NCBI RefSeq assembly: GCF_009914755.1
Contig: NC_060933.1
DNA: 64,000 bases
DNA from: the human T2T-CHM13v2.0 reference genome, Homo sapiens
Reading direction: 5' to 3' (one strand)
Notes under the pieces: model-generated
What the model saw: only the letters and a program-made list of their open reading frames with translations
What the model was told of the DNA's origin: nothing
Database searches by the model: none
In this document: piece after piece, positions 13,579 to 27,631 of the stretch
Layout of the letters: each line of letters opens with the position of its first letter
Numbering within the stretch: position 1 is the stretch's first letter
Program-made: the position numbers and the translations under genes

Positions 13579-16513
13579 TTACTCATGTGTAGAGTCCAAG
13601 TACGAGGACTATGGCTAAAATAATCAAACTGAAATTTGAGCTGCTGTCCAAGAGTAAGAGTTTGCATTTTGCTCCCAACGAACTTAACTTCTATTAAAAC
13701 AAACACATAAAAATCCACCCTCCTTAGAAGAATTAAACAGAATCTTCTATCTTCATAGCATAACATTTACAATATTCAGAAGACAACCATAGGTTACTCG
13801 ATGAATGAAAGAACAGGACTGTGAGACTAATCCTCAAGAGAATAACGACTATACTTGCAGCAGAAGCTAATATTTAATGAGTGGCTTCTATGTTCCAGGC
13901 CATTTTCTTCATACTTTTACATGAGTTATGTAAATCTTCATGGCAATGCTATTATGTCAATACAATTATTTTATCGATCACTATGGAGTCAAGACAACAG
14001 AAACTAGTTTAGGGATTTCAGGTGAAGAGGTGTTAAATATACAGAATTGAGCTACACAATAGTTAGAAGAACTGAAAGATCAAAATAATAATAATAACAA
14101 CAACAATAATAAAAGGTTATCCAGAAACAAAGAGCTGACTGATGTCTCTACTGCCCTAACACTGCCTCACTAGGTCATCTGCTGCTGCTATTGCAAGAGT
14201 TGGCTATTGTACACCTACTACAGGGTCTGCTACTGAAGTCATATACACCGACAGAAGTACCTCCTCACCTGCCACTGCCAGCATTATTACTACTGTAGGA
14301 GTGCATCTTAGTGAGCTGCCACCACTGAGGCTGGAGTCAAAAGAAGAATGGCTATTCCTTTCTTCTGCATTACAATCTTGCAGAAGTACTTCCCATTGGT
14401 AGAACCTACACTGAAATGCTACTGGCAAGTGTTACAGGCATGTAATTAACAATTGTCTAGGCCTGGTAATCCAGGGAAGAATTTATAAAGAGAAAGATGT
14501 TGTGAATTTGAACAGGCAATATTCAGTATAATTACTATTGTCATTTTACATTTGAAGAAACAGAAACACAGAAGTTTAGGGTGCTTTCCCAAAATGACAC
14601 ATCAGAATATAGAGGCCAGTATTTGAACTCAGGAAGGTTGACTCCAGACACTATATACTTAATCAAATGGACAATAACCTTGTTTTAAATTTTTCACAAT
14701 TATAAACAAAGCCACAGAGGATATATGTGCATCTGGGTTTACATGCTGATTATAATTTTGGTGGTGACCTAAAAATAATTAATGTTGTCAATCCTTAGAT
14801 TTTGTAAATTACTACCTTATAGCTGAAGCTACCATCTAATTTCACAGCCCATGTTTCATTTGTTTTTCATAATCATGTCAATGCCAGATTATGATGCCAA
14901 AGTGACAGAATTTAACTTTCAATACATTGGTAAGCAAGACTGACAGCATGTAACTTGCATGTTTTAATGTAAAAATGATAATACTTATTCTTCATCTGCC
15001 ATTGCATTCTTCATTACTTTAGTGTTTATAATGTCAAAACTATTCTTTTTTAGCAATGGGTTGTAACCAAAGATATTTTCATGGATTAGGAAATTAATTT
15101 ATTTACTTAGTTGATAAATGAAGAATTTAATTTGACATCATGAAAATGATTCAGTGAAAGGGATATCACACTATCTTAAATGTTGCAGGCTAATGAGAAA
15201 ACTGTACTGCCAAACACTTCATAATAAACGGCACACTTGAGAGCCAAATGAAGTCCAAATGACCTCATCACAAACTATAGGGACAAACAGTCCTTGGCAG
15301 TTTGGAAAAGAAAAGTGGTGAAATAATTGAGTAATAAGAAGGCACACGATAGTATTCCTAAAACAAAGCAAAGAAAAACAGAACACAGGATGTGTCTTTG
15401 CATTTACTGCCATATTTAACTTTTGAGCAAAATTGCAGCATAGCTCTCTTCATTGTTCATATTATCTAATATGAGTTTAGCAATACATTTGTAAGATATT
15501 ATGAAGAATGTATGTACACATAAGGAAATAAATGTATATAAAATAAATATGCACACACATTTAGTGTCCTATTGTAAGGTGTTATTGTGAGATTGGTTAT
15601 GCATAGTAATCAATAGATTCCAAAATTTTATATATTAATTCAATAATTATTCATTTTTAATTTATGTTACAATCCAAAGTGAGTGGTTTTATGATAGGGA
15701 GCTAACCTCCATGTCATACTTCAGTCAGTTTTCTATCTTGAGACTCTGCCATTCTCTGGCCCTCATCAACACTGTCATTAGTGTCCAGCAAAAAGATGAA
15801 AAAATATGAAAGAACTACTGGGATACTATGTGAAGGTGAAACACATCATTTTCATTCACGTGCCTTGAAGACTAAACAGAATGGGTAGTCTTATTTGTCT
15901 AAAAAGAGAATAGAGTTTGGGATGCCAGAGCTACTTGAAATTAAAAAGGGGAAGTATTGGAAGAGAATGAACAACAGAGAAAGGAGTTCCAATACGTGAG
16001 TGTTAAGTGTCCCCCAAGCCTTGCTGGCTTTTGAGTTGTGCACCAATAGGGTGAGAATCTAAATAGTCTACAGGCAAAACTGCAGCTGGAAGCCCTAAGT
16101 TTCTGAGCAGAGGCTTTAATTACTCTCCACCTCATGGTAGACAGAGTTTTCAGTTCAGGTCTAGGTATGTAAAAGGAAATTGAGAAAAACGTTGAGCTTT
16201 AGTTGAGATGATGCCATAGAACAAAATACAGGCCTCAGAATTAAGGAATTTGTCCTAGGAGTCAGGAAAAAAATAAAAGCAGCCATTTTTCCAAGGCCCA
16301 CATCTAAGCCTCCAAGATCAGGTGATCTGCCAGTAATTTAACTGCCTGTCAGAATAAAACTTAACACTCTATAGAGAAAGATAACAGAATCCAGAATCCC
16401 TTATAATTTATCATCCACAATCTCCAGATATATAAAATAATTATAAGACATTATGCTAAACATGACAATGTGAGTGATCTGTAGTCAATAAAAAGAGTCA
16501 GTCAACAGAAACA

Positions 16514-16649
16514 GTTCTATTGATACCCAACATATTGGAACTAGCAGACAAGGACTATAAAAGATATATGATAAATATGTTGTTCTATTGATACTCAACA
16601 TACTGGAACTAGCAGACAAGAACTATAAAAGATATATTATAAATATATT
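16514..16649 (+). repeat. 68-bp tandem duplication (2 copies, 5 mismatches)
   Basis: gttctattgatac(c/t)caacata(t/c)tggaactagcagacaag(g/a)actataaaagatatat... at 16514 and 16582. Confidence 0.95.
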
Positions 16650-16798
16650 TAAAAACACTTTCAGAAAAACTTTAATACAATTGTGAAAAGTTGTGGAATT
16701 TTATGAAAGATATTAAAACAGCAACAAAAAAAACTAATTAATATCCTAGAGCTGAGAAATAAAATAGATATATGGTATCTGAAATTAAAACTAAAATT

Positions 16799-17114
16799 GG
16801 TCAGGCGCGGTGGCTCACGCCTGTAACCCCAGTACTTTGGGAGGCTGACATGGGTGGATCACCTGAGGTCAGGAGTTCGAGACCAGCCTGGCCAACATGG
16901 TGAAACCCCGTCTCTACTAATAATACAAAAATTAGCTGGTTGTGGTGGCACATACCTGTAATCCCAGCTACCTGGGAGTCTGAGGCGGGAGGATCACTTG
17001 AACTCGGGAGGCGGAGGTTGCAGTGAGCTGAGATCATACCACTTCACTCCAGCCTGGGCAACAAGAGTGAAACTCCATCTCAAAAAAAAAAAAAAAAATA
17101 GAAAAAGAAAAAAA
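16799..17114 (+). mobile_element. Alu (AluSq/Sp-like)
   Basis: Full dimer with ggcaacaagagtgaaactcc diagnostic, and an A-tail. Confidence 0.95.
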
Positions 17115-18779
17115 ATTGGATGCGTTAGTAGTAGATTTAAAATGAACAAACAAACAAACATCAAATGGGCCCTCCATAACCTGAGATACACTATCAAGTG
17201 ACTAGCATATGTTAATTGGAGCTCCAAAAATGAAATAAAATAAAATAAAATAAAATAAAAAGAGAATGAATAAGGCAGGTAAAAATATAAAGAAATATTA
17301 GTCAAAAACATTCCATATTTAATTAGAAGTAGTAATTCATAGATTCAAAAAGTTCTGAAAACTGCATGTAGAAAAACATGAAAAAAATACATGTAAGTGC
17401 ATCATATTTAACCTACTAAAAGCCAAAGGTAAAGAAAATAAACTTAATAGCAGACAGAGAAAATAATTTATATCAAATATGGGGAATGTTGGCTGAATTC
17501 TTATAAGAAATAGTGCAAGATAGAAGTCAATGTAATGACACCTCTAATGTGCTGATAAAAACAATAACAAAATAACTGTTAACTAGAATTATTTATATAA
17601 CAGAATATTATCTTAAAATTTAAGGTGTATTAAAGACATTTTCAGATGAACAAAAGTCAAGGACATTTTTTCTACTCCAAAAAATTGTTTAGACTGAAGG
17701 AAAATTCTAACTGATAAAAAGTCAGATGTACAGAGAGCAATGAAGAACACTGAAAATGGTAAATATGTAGATATATACATGTAAACATATCTTTCTCTTT
17801 TTCATAAATTACCTAGAATTCAATCTGACAGTTTAAAGCAAAAGTTATAACAATGTATTTGGGTTTTCATCATATGTGGAAATAAAATATATAACAAAAG
17901 AAGAATAGGAAGGAATATAAATAAAAGTATACTATAGTAAAGTTCTTACACTATGTATGTAACAATACAATATTAATTCAAAATATATTTTGGATAAATT
18001 AAGATTAGATATTTTAATCATCAGAGTAATAAGTAAAACATAAATAAATAAAAAATAAAATAGGCATACGTTTAAAAAATATGATAGAAAGGGAATGGGA
18101 AAGTAACTGTGCTTGATAAATACCAAAGAATAATGGAAATAAGTAAGATAGAAACAAAGAATAGGGGGTATAAATAGAAAGTAAACAGCAAGATGGTAGT
18201 TTTAAATCCAATCATATTAATAATTACACTAAATGTAAATGGAGTAAACATTTTGATTAAAATGGAGATTTTCACACTGAATTTTTTAAAATGGTTTTTA
18301 AGCGTATGCTGTTTACAAGAGACACAATTTATTAAGATGTAGCGAAGTTCAAAGTAAAAGAATGGAAAATAGACTGTGTGCGAACTCTAAACCAGGGAAA
18401 ATTGCTATTGTTATTTTAACATCAAACAAAGTAGACCTCAAGACAAGAAGTATTTCTAGAGGTAAAGAGGAACATTTCAAGAGTAAAGTGACGATTGCCA
18501 AGAAGACACAATGACCTACAAGTGTATTTCCCTGATACGAGAGTTTGAAAATACATTGACAAATATATAGGGAGAAGAGACCAGAATTGTAGTTGGAGAT
18601 TTTAACAGTATTTTCTGAGTATCTGATAGAACAACTACTCAACAAGTAAGCTATAGAGTATTTCAACACACTATCAACAAGTTCGAATCAATTGACAATA
18701 GCAGAATATATATTTTGTTCAAGTGCATATGACATTTTCACCAAAATAGAGCATATATTATATTATAAAAGTCCCATTT

Positions 18780-20040
18780 ACAAGGCAGCCTCTCATGTCA
18801 AGAAATTCTCCCTATCCAACCTTATGTTCCGTATTCTAGATCCAATACTCTCACATTTCTATCCTATGTCTTTTACCAATTCTTGCCAATTATATTCAGG
18901 GTCTTGACATCGTTTTGCTGTGTCTAGCTAATCCCTCCAAGAAGAAACCGCTTTCCTAGCTCCAGCTATAATTAGAGCCAAATTTAGTTACTAGTCTGGA
19001 GGCAATAAAGGAAGTGAGAAGAATTTGAAGATGACAGGCATAGTCTTGCAAGACATGTAACTCAGGTGAGATCTTTGCTTGCTCTCCTGGAAAAGAGAGA
19101 CAGCGGGTCTTTCCTAGCAAGAGGTGGGCTATTTCGCCTAGCCTGGAGGGTTCAGGGAAATCTGCCAGTACAAAATTCTTTGGCTTGAGATTCAGCCAAA
19201 TGCTTCCATTTTCCTTCTCAGGGCCCTGACTCTGGAAACTTGTCAAGGTTGGACATTTACTCTTCTTTATTGTTCTGCCGCCTTTGTAATTAAACCCTCC
19301 TCTGATTTGCAATATTGTCTGCCCTGTGGCTAAAGGGCTAAAGCCCTTTGCTGACATTCTTAAAGTCTTCTGGTTTTGTGATGCATATTGAGTTGATAGT
19401 TGGCTGATCCTTGCCTGATATTTTCTTTGCCAAGGCTACCAGTGAAGTTAATAAAAGCCAGTCAATTCATAATCCTTATAGTTATCATCTCCCTATATAG
19501 TTCAAGTGTCATAGGTTCTGTATAACCTAGTGGTGACCTACCCCACGTACCTCATTTGAATGCACTTCAAGTAAAATTCTGGGTACTTGTGATGTTCCTG
19601 CAAACCATCCCATTCCAGTCACCACTAGCAATAGATTCTTATTGCCATCTCATTGGTTACCACTTCAGCTCCAAAATCCCATCCTGAGAGTACAGTTTCT
19701 AGGGCCACTTCCAGTAACAATTATCTACCCCTATATTCTCTGTAAAAGTGGAACTAGGGACCAAAGCTTGCATCTAGGAAATTTACTTAGAGATCTGAGG
19801 AGGTAGGAGTAAGACTGAGGAAAATAAAATAAGAATGGAGAGAGATACAATAAAGGGATAGATTAGAAAGTTGACTATTGCTGTAGATAACTGTATTTGG
19901 TCCCCGTGAGAATGCCTGAGAAGCTGTACAGAATACACTTCCAAATTGCCTGCCTGAAGGACAAATGGGAAACTTGTTTTCAGTGTTATAGCTGATGCAT
20001 GATAGTGAGAGTCCCACATAGGTACTGGTGTAGGATTCCA
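18780..20040 (-). mobile_element. ERVL remnant: LTR16-like LTR (about 19720-20040) with adjacent internal sequence
   Basis: Antisense LTR16-like 3' end (ggaactagggaccaaagcttgcatctaggaaatttacttagag); adjoining pyrimidine-rich internal-like sequence ending ccacttccagtaacaa. Confidence 0.45.
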
Positions 20041-21230
20041 AAAATGGGGAATATTTTACTTACAAAATGCCCAGATTATGTAGTCCTTTCAAGTCCAAGT
20101 CAGAGACCCAACATAATAAGGGGTCACTGAATATCTTAAGCTGAAGAATAAAACTGTAAAATATGTTTTCTTTTAACTTATAATGCAGAAAATGTCATGT
20201 TTCTTATTAGAAGATTTGTGGCCTTTTCTTCAATTCTAGAAAATGTCAGCAATTCTCTTTTCAAGCATTGGTTCTCCATCATTTTTCTGTTTTTATTCCA
20301 GAAATTATATTGAAAATCCTCATTTTATTTTATGTACCTCATAATCACTTTTGTCTGCCTTATATTACTACCCTGCTATATTCTGAACAACATCTTCAGA
20401 TCTATCTCTAGTCCAGTGATGCTCTCTTCAGTTGTATCTAACCTGTGGCGTATGCTATATTTTGTGCAAAGGGCCTGAAAAAAACAAAAAATCAAGCATA
20501 TGATGTAGACTGAAACTCACAGACAAAGAGGTCAGCAGCCTGCAGAGAGGGGTTATTTAGTTAGAGTACAGCTGGATGCACTATGTGCCTGTGCTCCAGG
20601 AGAAGGTTCTTTCCCTGCCCCTTTTAATATCTTAGCTTGGGATTCCTGCATTATGAGAGTAGTGTAAATTCAGATGCCATTCTTGCAAATGAACATATGT
20701 AGGGCAGGATTGATGCCCCTGCCCCCATGAGACTCTTTTTTAAAATTATTTTGCAATCTGAATCTCTGACCAGAGACCAATTTTGGGGCAACTTTTTAGA
20801 CTACTGGTTGGGATTTGTTTTAGTCTTCTTTCATGAAGCAGAGTTTACTTTTTCAGTCACAGTTTTATACAGCGTCTCAATTTCAACTTTTTATTTTGCC
20901 TCATGTAAAAAAAGGTATTTTTCTCCCCTGAAAAGATAGTAAAGCCATATTCTTAATCACAAAGAATAAAAGTTTGGATTAAATATTACTACTGTCCTCT
21001 TTGGTGTTCCCGATAAAATTTGTCATTGTTCTTTGTGTCTGGAATTTAAGAATCTCCTTTTAATTTTAGCTTTTTTTTTCTTAGGGTGTATGTGGTTTTA
21101 ACTGCCAATATGACAGAACTAAAAAAAATCATACATCAGGGCAAACATTAAATGGGGCACTATGTCAGGTAAGTAAGGATGGATTGGTGGTGTAGGGCAA
21201 ATCTAAACTCAGCAAGTAGGTAAAAATAGA

Positions 21231-21614
21231 TGATATGGTTTGAATTTGTGTCCCCACCAAATCTCATGTCAAACTGTAATCCCCAGTATTGGAAGAGGGA
21301 CCTGGTGGGAGGTGATTGGCTCACGGGGGTGGATTTCCCCCTTGCTGTTCTTGTAATAGTTAGTGAGTTTTCAAGAGATGTGGTTGTTTAAAAGTGTGTA
21401 GCACCTCCCCCTTTGCTCTCTTCCTCCTGTTCCAGACATGTAAGATGTGCCTCCTTCCTCTTCACCTTTCGCCATGACTGTAAGTTTCCTGAGGCCTCCC
21501 CAGCCATGCTTCCTGTACAACCTGCAGAATAATGAGCCAATGAAACCTCTTTTCTGTAGAAGTTACCCAGTCTCAGGTAGTTCTTTATAGCAATGTGAGA
21601 ATGGACTAAATACA
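21231..21614 (+). mobile_element. Solo MaLR LTR (MSTA/THE1D-like)
   Basis: tgatatggtttg...ccccaccaaatctcatgtc...ttcctgaggcctccccagccatg...ttacccagtctcaggtagttctttatagcaatgtgagaatggactaaataca; TSD ataga/atagg. Confidence 0.9.
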
Positions 21615-21669
21615 ATAGGTAAGAAAAAATAACTCTGCCATCTAGTGAAAATATATCATCACCTAGGCT

Positions 21670-21830
21670 CTGTGCTGAATACATGTTTTGCATTCTTGCA
21701 ATACCCTGTAAGGTAAGAATCATTATGCAAATTTTAGAAATGATGAAACTGCCCGAGATCACAAAGCCAGTAGGTAGTAGAGCTGATCTACAAATCCTGT
21801 TTTCCATGACTCTAAAGTCAATTTGTATGA
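21670..21830 (-). mobile_element. MIR SINE
   Basis: caataccctgtaaggtaag...attttagaaatgatgaaactg..cgagatcacaaagccagtaggtagtagagctg. Confidence 0.6.
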
Positions 21831-23522
21831 CACAGAACCACCTTCCACCAGTGATAAGTTAAAAAAAAGACCTACGCTAAGGATGATGGAGGAAGGAGAA
21901 GGCATCTGTGACGTATTTTGAAGCATAAAGAATTGGTGAGACAGGGAGAAGTCTTATAACTAAAATGACTGATGAAGGAGAGGAAAAGAAGCTAGGAAAA
22001 GCAGAGGAAGGAGAAAAATGGGGATAAACATTTTTTCAGAATAAAACCCTTCTTCTAAGTTGTAGTCCCTCCCCAACACCCACTCCTGAGTTGTTTGAGA
22101 TGTGACCTTCACCCTGTTTGGGACCCAACTTCCTCATCCATACATAATATGAGGGATGATGGAGTCCAGGTCAAAACCAATATCCTTCTCAGACCAGGCT
22201 GCCAAATTCCCCGTGGCCAAAAACACACAGCAAGACCTTGTCGATTCTGTATCAGCAGGAGAAGAAAGGTGGAGAAACCACCTCAAGCCAAACTCGTTAA
22301 CAGTTGTTTCATTAATCACAGTTTGTGTTTCAAATCTAAAGACAATCTGTCCAATTAACATTAAAGCTCTGGCAGCCATGAAGAGACCTTTAGGAAAAGG
22401 CAATTTGACACAATTGCTAATCATGTTCACATTTAGGAAAGTGGCTCCCAAACATAACATTCTCCTGGTGACAGCTGGAGACCTCATCAAAGGAGGAACA
22501 CAGGCTTCACGCACCTCCACCATTTGACCCATTTTCTTCATCCAGCATTTTCACCTTGGACGCCTGTTACGTTCCAGCTGTCTTAGCAGGATCAGTCTTT
22601 CAGAGCCTGCTGCGGTCATCCACACTACTGTGCTCTTGCCCACTGAACCCACGGCCTATGTGCCTTCTCAATTTTATCGTGGCCTAGTCCAGTTCCTCCA
22701 TATTACTTTCCTAGTAATGGTTATTTCAACAAATAATGCTCGTGATGTGTTGAGACTTGGTTTGAATGCCACTTCAATCAATTATTAACTTAGGTATGTT
22801 TTATGCTTTTATTTTCAAGTAATACATGTTCACAGCCAAACTCTTCATACAGTACAAAGGCTTCTACAGTGAAGCCTAAATCTCTCTCTCTTCCTAACTT
22901 CTAGATTCCTCATTGAATGCAATCTCAGTTACCAACACCTCGTCTTTTCTTCCAAAGATGCCTATACAAGTGTATAAATGAATGAATAAATGAATAAATA
23001 AGCAAAAAAACTTTTCCTGGCACATAAATAGTAATATATATGCACACTATTTTACACCTGGATGAACAATGTATCTTGGAGATTGTTTCATATCAGTACA
23101 CATAGTGTTTACCACAGTTTTTATAACCTTGGACAAACAAATCGACTTCTCTGAACCTCAATGTCATCATATGTGAAGTGGCATAATAAAAGAAAAATCA
23201 ATCCTAACTCCTCTGCGTCTACTCTGAGTTCATACCTGCTTCCTGGGTACATAGCACTTATGTCACTTTGTGGTAATTTTCTGTTACTACTTTCTGCAAT
23301 GCTGGCTACCAATTATGGATATTTGTGGAGTGAATGATTATCTGTGTAAGGAATACTGTGGTGGTAACTTGAGATCACAGCATCAAGAATAGTACTTGAC
23401 AGGTAGGAGATATATAATGTGAAATTCCTCTTTCTTTTCTCTGAAATCCCATTGCAGTCACAAGCTAAACTGCGCAATAGAGTATTTAACTTTGCTCTGC
23501 TTTATTCATCAATATGTACGTA

Positions 23523-23570
23523 TGTATGTGTATGAGTGTGTGTGTGTGTTTGTGTGAGTGTGTGTGTGTG
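23523..23570. repeat. (TG)n microsatellite, imperfect
   Basis: Directly visible. Confidence 0.9.
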
Positions 23571-23689
23571 ATCTCAGCCCTGATCTATTGACAGACTGAA
23601 GGCACTGCTTGGAATAAACCCTAGGAAAAATGACAAAGTCACTAAAGCTGCCTTTCCTTAACCCACCATTTTCAGGAATTTGTTGAATG

Positions 23690-23870
23690 GGAAAAGCACC
23701 AGGCTTAGGAGCTTTGGTTGAGGGTCCCAGTTGTGCCAATTACTTTGAGCAATTTTATGACTTCTTTCAGGCTTTTGTCACTCATCTGCATAATAGGAGT
23801 AAGTGATTGTTCCTGGGTAAGATTATTGTGAAGCGTAAATCAGATGATGCATATGAAAGCACTTTAGACT
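23690..23870 (+). mobile_element. MIR SINE
   Basis: ggtcccagttgtgccaattac...ctcatctgcataataggag...gattattgtgaagcgtaaatcagatgatgcatatgaaagcactt. Confidence 0.6.
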
Positions 23871-25211
23871 TAGAGTGGTTTTAACAGGGAGAACATTATT
23901 GAGGGGATCCTGCATTTGATCTTGATATAATCAACCCCTACATTGACACTCTTGCCTGGCTGCTTTCCCAACTTCTAACATATTCCAACAACAGGTTCCA
24001 CGTAGCAGAAGGTTTCAGGCAGACAGCAAAAATAGAAACTTAGGTAGAACTACAATGTGGCTTTTGTGATCTGCCCATTCATAACAATACCAATCCCATT
24101 GTTAGGGATATGGTAAGCAGGAGACCCAGGGGGCAGAAGCAAGTACGTGTCACAGTCTCAGTACCCTAGAAAAAGTGACTGAGGTCATGGTGGATCCTCA
24201 GTCCTCGAGTCAGTACTGTTCAAAGTACTGAAAGAGGAAAGAAGAGAGGCCACAGTGCCAGGAATATTTTTCACTGGTGGGTGATGATAACCTATTTTAC
24301 AAGTGGTGTTTTATTTCAGTGAGAAGTAGGCTCTTGGGGAGGAGGGGAAACTGTGCAACTTTGAGACTGCCTGGGTATCCATGGCTTACCCAAAACACCT
24401 TAAATACTGAGTCTGAAGCTAATGATTTATTTTCTGTCTTGGACAGAATTGGCACAGGCAGTGCAGTAGGGTATGGGGAGGTTAGGGAAGCGTGGGGGAT
24501 TGGGGGTTGGGTGTGGGGTGGTCCTTTGGCAGGATCACACATAAATAAGTGAGGAGAGATCAACAAGGAAGCCCCAAGCATTACTGTTAGTGTTCCCAGA
24601 GTCTGGTTTCCTTAGAGGGTTGGACATCCCATTGCTTACTGGTAATTACCAGCTGCAGTCAGCTAGCTACACAGCGGGCTGAGATGGCAGGTGATGGTGC
24701 CTCCCTCACCCCCTCCCCTCTCCTCCCACTAGCTGACTCTCCTTGGGTGCCCTTGCCATTTTTTCTGCAGGTTTTTGCTGGCCATGCTGCAGCATCAGAC
24801 ACAATTAGGGTATCCTGTTTATTCTTTTCTCTTTTCCCCATGGAATCTTTGAAAGACAACTAGGGAAAGGGAGTGAAAAGAGACGAAGGGTCATCAGATA
24901 GCAGGGGAGGAGATGACCTTTGAAACAATCTTTTCTGGGTGACATCTAAGTAATCCAAGCCTGCAATTTCCTCCATGAATGTTCAGTCTCTTCGCATAAG
25001 CCCCCTAATGGCAGTGTGGGCGATGGATGGAGACAGGGCAGTTGAAGCTTAGAATATATGCCAAGGAGATATTAAAAACCATGTAACTACCTGGAAGTGA
25101 TACAAAAAAAAAAAAAAAAAAAAAAACAGGCAAGAAAGCAGACGTCTGTTAAAATTCTGGAATATGTTTTCTGTTTATTTCTCTATTGTTCTGCACACTA
25201 TTCTACTTATT

Positions 25212-25524
<313 letters not shown>

Positions 25525-25529
25525 TATCC

Positions 25530-25940
25530 TACTTACTCTTCATAATGCCTTCAATCTCTCTCTACTTCCTCTCTATTCCCAAAGTCACCATCCTAGTCTC
25601 AATCCTAATTATCTTTCTTCTTGACAATTACAGTAATAGGCTCCTTGCCCCCAGCCTCTGCCCCTTCCAGTCTCCTTGCAGATGTCATCAGATTGAACTT
25701 TATAAAATATCACTTTGCACATGTCATTTTCTTGCTTAAAAACTTCAATGACTCCCTCTTGTCTGCAAAGTAAAGGCTAAAAATCTTATTCTGAGAAACC
25801 AATGCTGTCAAAACCTTAGATATTCTGTGTCTCCTGTCAAGGCTGAGAACAGACCTTATTTATCTTTCTGTCTGCAAACTAATGTAAGCCTCATGAGGAA
25901 AAGAAGGATTTATTCTTCAGCATTTACCCATAATTAGCAT
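25530..25940 (+). mobile_element. L2 LINE fragment
   Basis: caccatcctagtctcaatcc...tcattttcttgcttaaaaacttcaatgactccc; its 3' end appears to resume at about 31777-31800 after the L1. Confidence 0.55.
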
Positions 25941-27631
25941 TGAAGCCCAACCCTCCCCTGCCTCCTCAGGCAGAAGCTGAAACTGTACATTCTATCTCTG
26001 GGAAAAGGTGCTTTGGCGGAGTTGCTCCAAAAACCCCCTCCCAGTCACTACTGTGCCCTGCCCCTTGGGGCTGAGCTAAGGCTGCAACTATCTCCTAGGG
26101 AAATGGTGCCTTGGCAGTTGCTTTGAAATCTCTCCCTGTTGCCACTGTGCCCTGACCAACAGGATTCAGACTGAAACTTCACACGGTCTCCCATGAAAAT
26201 AGTGCTTTAGTGGAGCTGCTCCATATACCCTTCCCAGTTGCTGCTGTAACATGTCCCCAATGCTGGAACAGAAGCAATGCCAGGCATCTGGGAGAAACAA
26301 TGCCTTGGCCACCCATTCAGAGTAGTCACACCCCTCTTTGTTTGAGTTGAAGTGGTACTACTCTGTCTTCTGAGAAAACAGTCCCTTGTGCTCCCTGGTG
26401 TCTAAATTGAAGCAGCATCGTGTGTTTCAGGAAATGATGCCTTGGCTGCCAGAACAGTCAAGCCATCTAGGCCTGAGCTGAAATGACGCATCACCCACTG
26501 AGGAATTGGTGTCTTAGCTTAGCTGGGAAGTGTGCATCCTAGGGCTGAGCTGATGAAGTACCCCATGTCCCAGGGAAATAAGGCAGTGGCTGAGCTGAGA
26601 CACCCCACACTACAGTATAAACAACTCTAGTACTTCGCTTTCCTGGAGCTGGACTAGCCCCTTAGAGTTTGAGTTGCTGAGACACCCCTCTTCCTGGGGA
26701 GTGAAATCACCACTGTTCTGTTCCCTGCCCTACAGGTTCCAAATGACATCTGTGTTACACTATTCTGGGATTCTTACTGCCATGTATGTGACCTCATAGA
26801 GTCTGAGATACTGCCGAGCCCTAACATCTCAGGATTTAGAGTCACTACTCCACAGTGTCTCATTCCCTGGGACCAGAAAGGTCGCTGAGCCCTATTGGCT
26901 CAGGTTCCCAAATCACAGCCACACCTTGTTTCCCAGGCCCAAACCTCTAGAGCACATTCTCTTCCATGGAGGCAGGCCAGTGTTATGCTCTGTTCCCCAG
27001 GAGCATAAAATAATAGCTACCCAACCCTTGGGCTCAAGCTGCTAGAGGGTGCCTCAGAGTCACAGATTCTGGCTCTGTAGGCAACTTACATCCAACTTTG
27101 CCACAAAGATGGAACCTGTATCCTAAGACCCAGTTGCTATTTTAGGTTTATGAGTCCCTGAGCCTGTGACCCCAGATCCATAGCTGATCTGAGATGCTAC
27201 ACCTGGAAGCCAGCACTGCTGCAGCTGCTCATAGGCTATGTTAGACCTGACACCAAAAGTTATCCCCTTGGCTAAGTCTCCCTATTGTGGGAAAAATGAG
27301 AATACAAAAACCCTCAATGATTTTGACACGAGGGTCATGAACAACAAATGCCACCACCACTTCTGCCACAAATTCTACAGCCTAGGGCACTGAGGCACCC
27401 ACAGTTAATGCTTATGGTGAATGCAGCTGAAGAAGCTTCATGAAGACTACACCACTGCACCTATTCAAAACAAAGTTTCCACATCCTTCCCAACCAGCAC
27501 ACTAAAACCCAACTGTAGGTGAAAGTCTTTTTTTTTTAAGCCACTCTAGAAAATTTGGAAGAAATGATTGTTCCACCAGATGTACAGACATCAACACAGA
27601 GACACAAAAATACAATAAAAAAGACACAACA

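Larger units (their letters stand above)
15900..18770 (+). mobile_element. Old L1 (L1MC/MD-like): 5' region, ORF1 and ORF2 endonuclease start, interrupted by an Alu
   Basis: ORF1-like taaagacattttcagatgaacaaaa; ORF2 start aattacactaaatgtaaatgga near 18220; aaagtagacctcaagacaagaagtatttctagaggtaaagaggaacatttca. Confidence 0.7.

Noticed and set aside
14770-15660. AT-rich stretch possibly derived from an ancient DNA transposon
   Set aside because: No terminal repeats or transposase motif could be identified by eye; needs a Dfam search.
25104-25126. Orphan poly(A) tracts (also about 32359-32385) as possible processed-pseudogene or retrocopy tails
   Set aside because: No TSD, upstream AATAAA-bearing mRNA-like sequence or retroelement body seen; likely slippage expansions.
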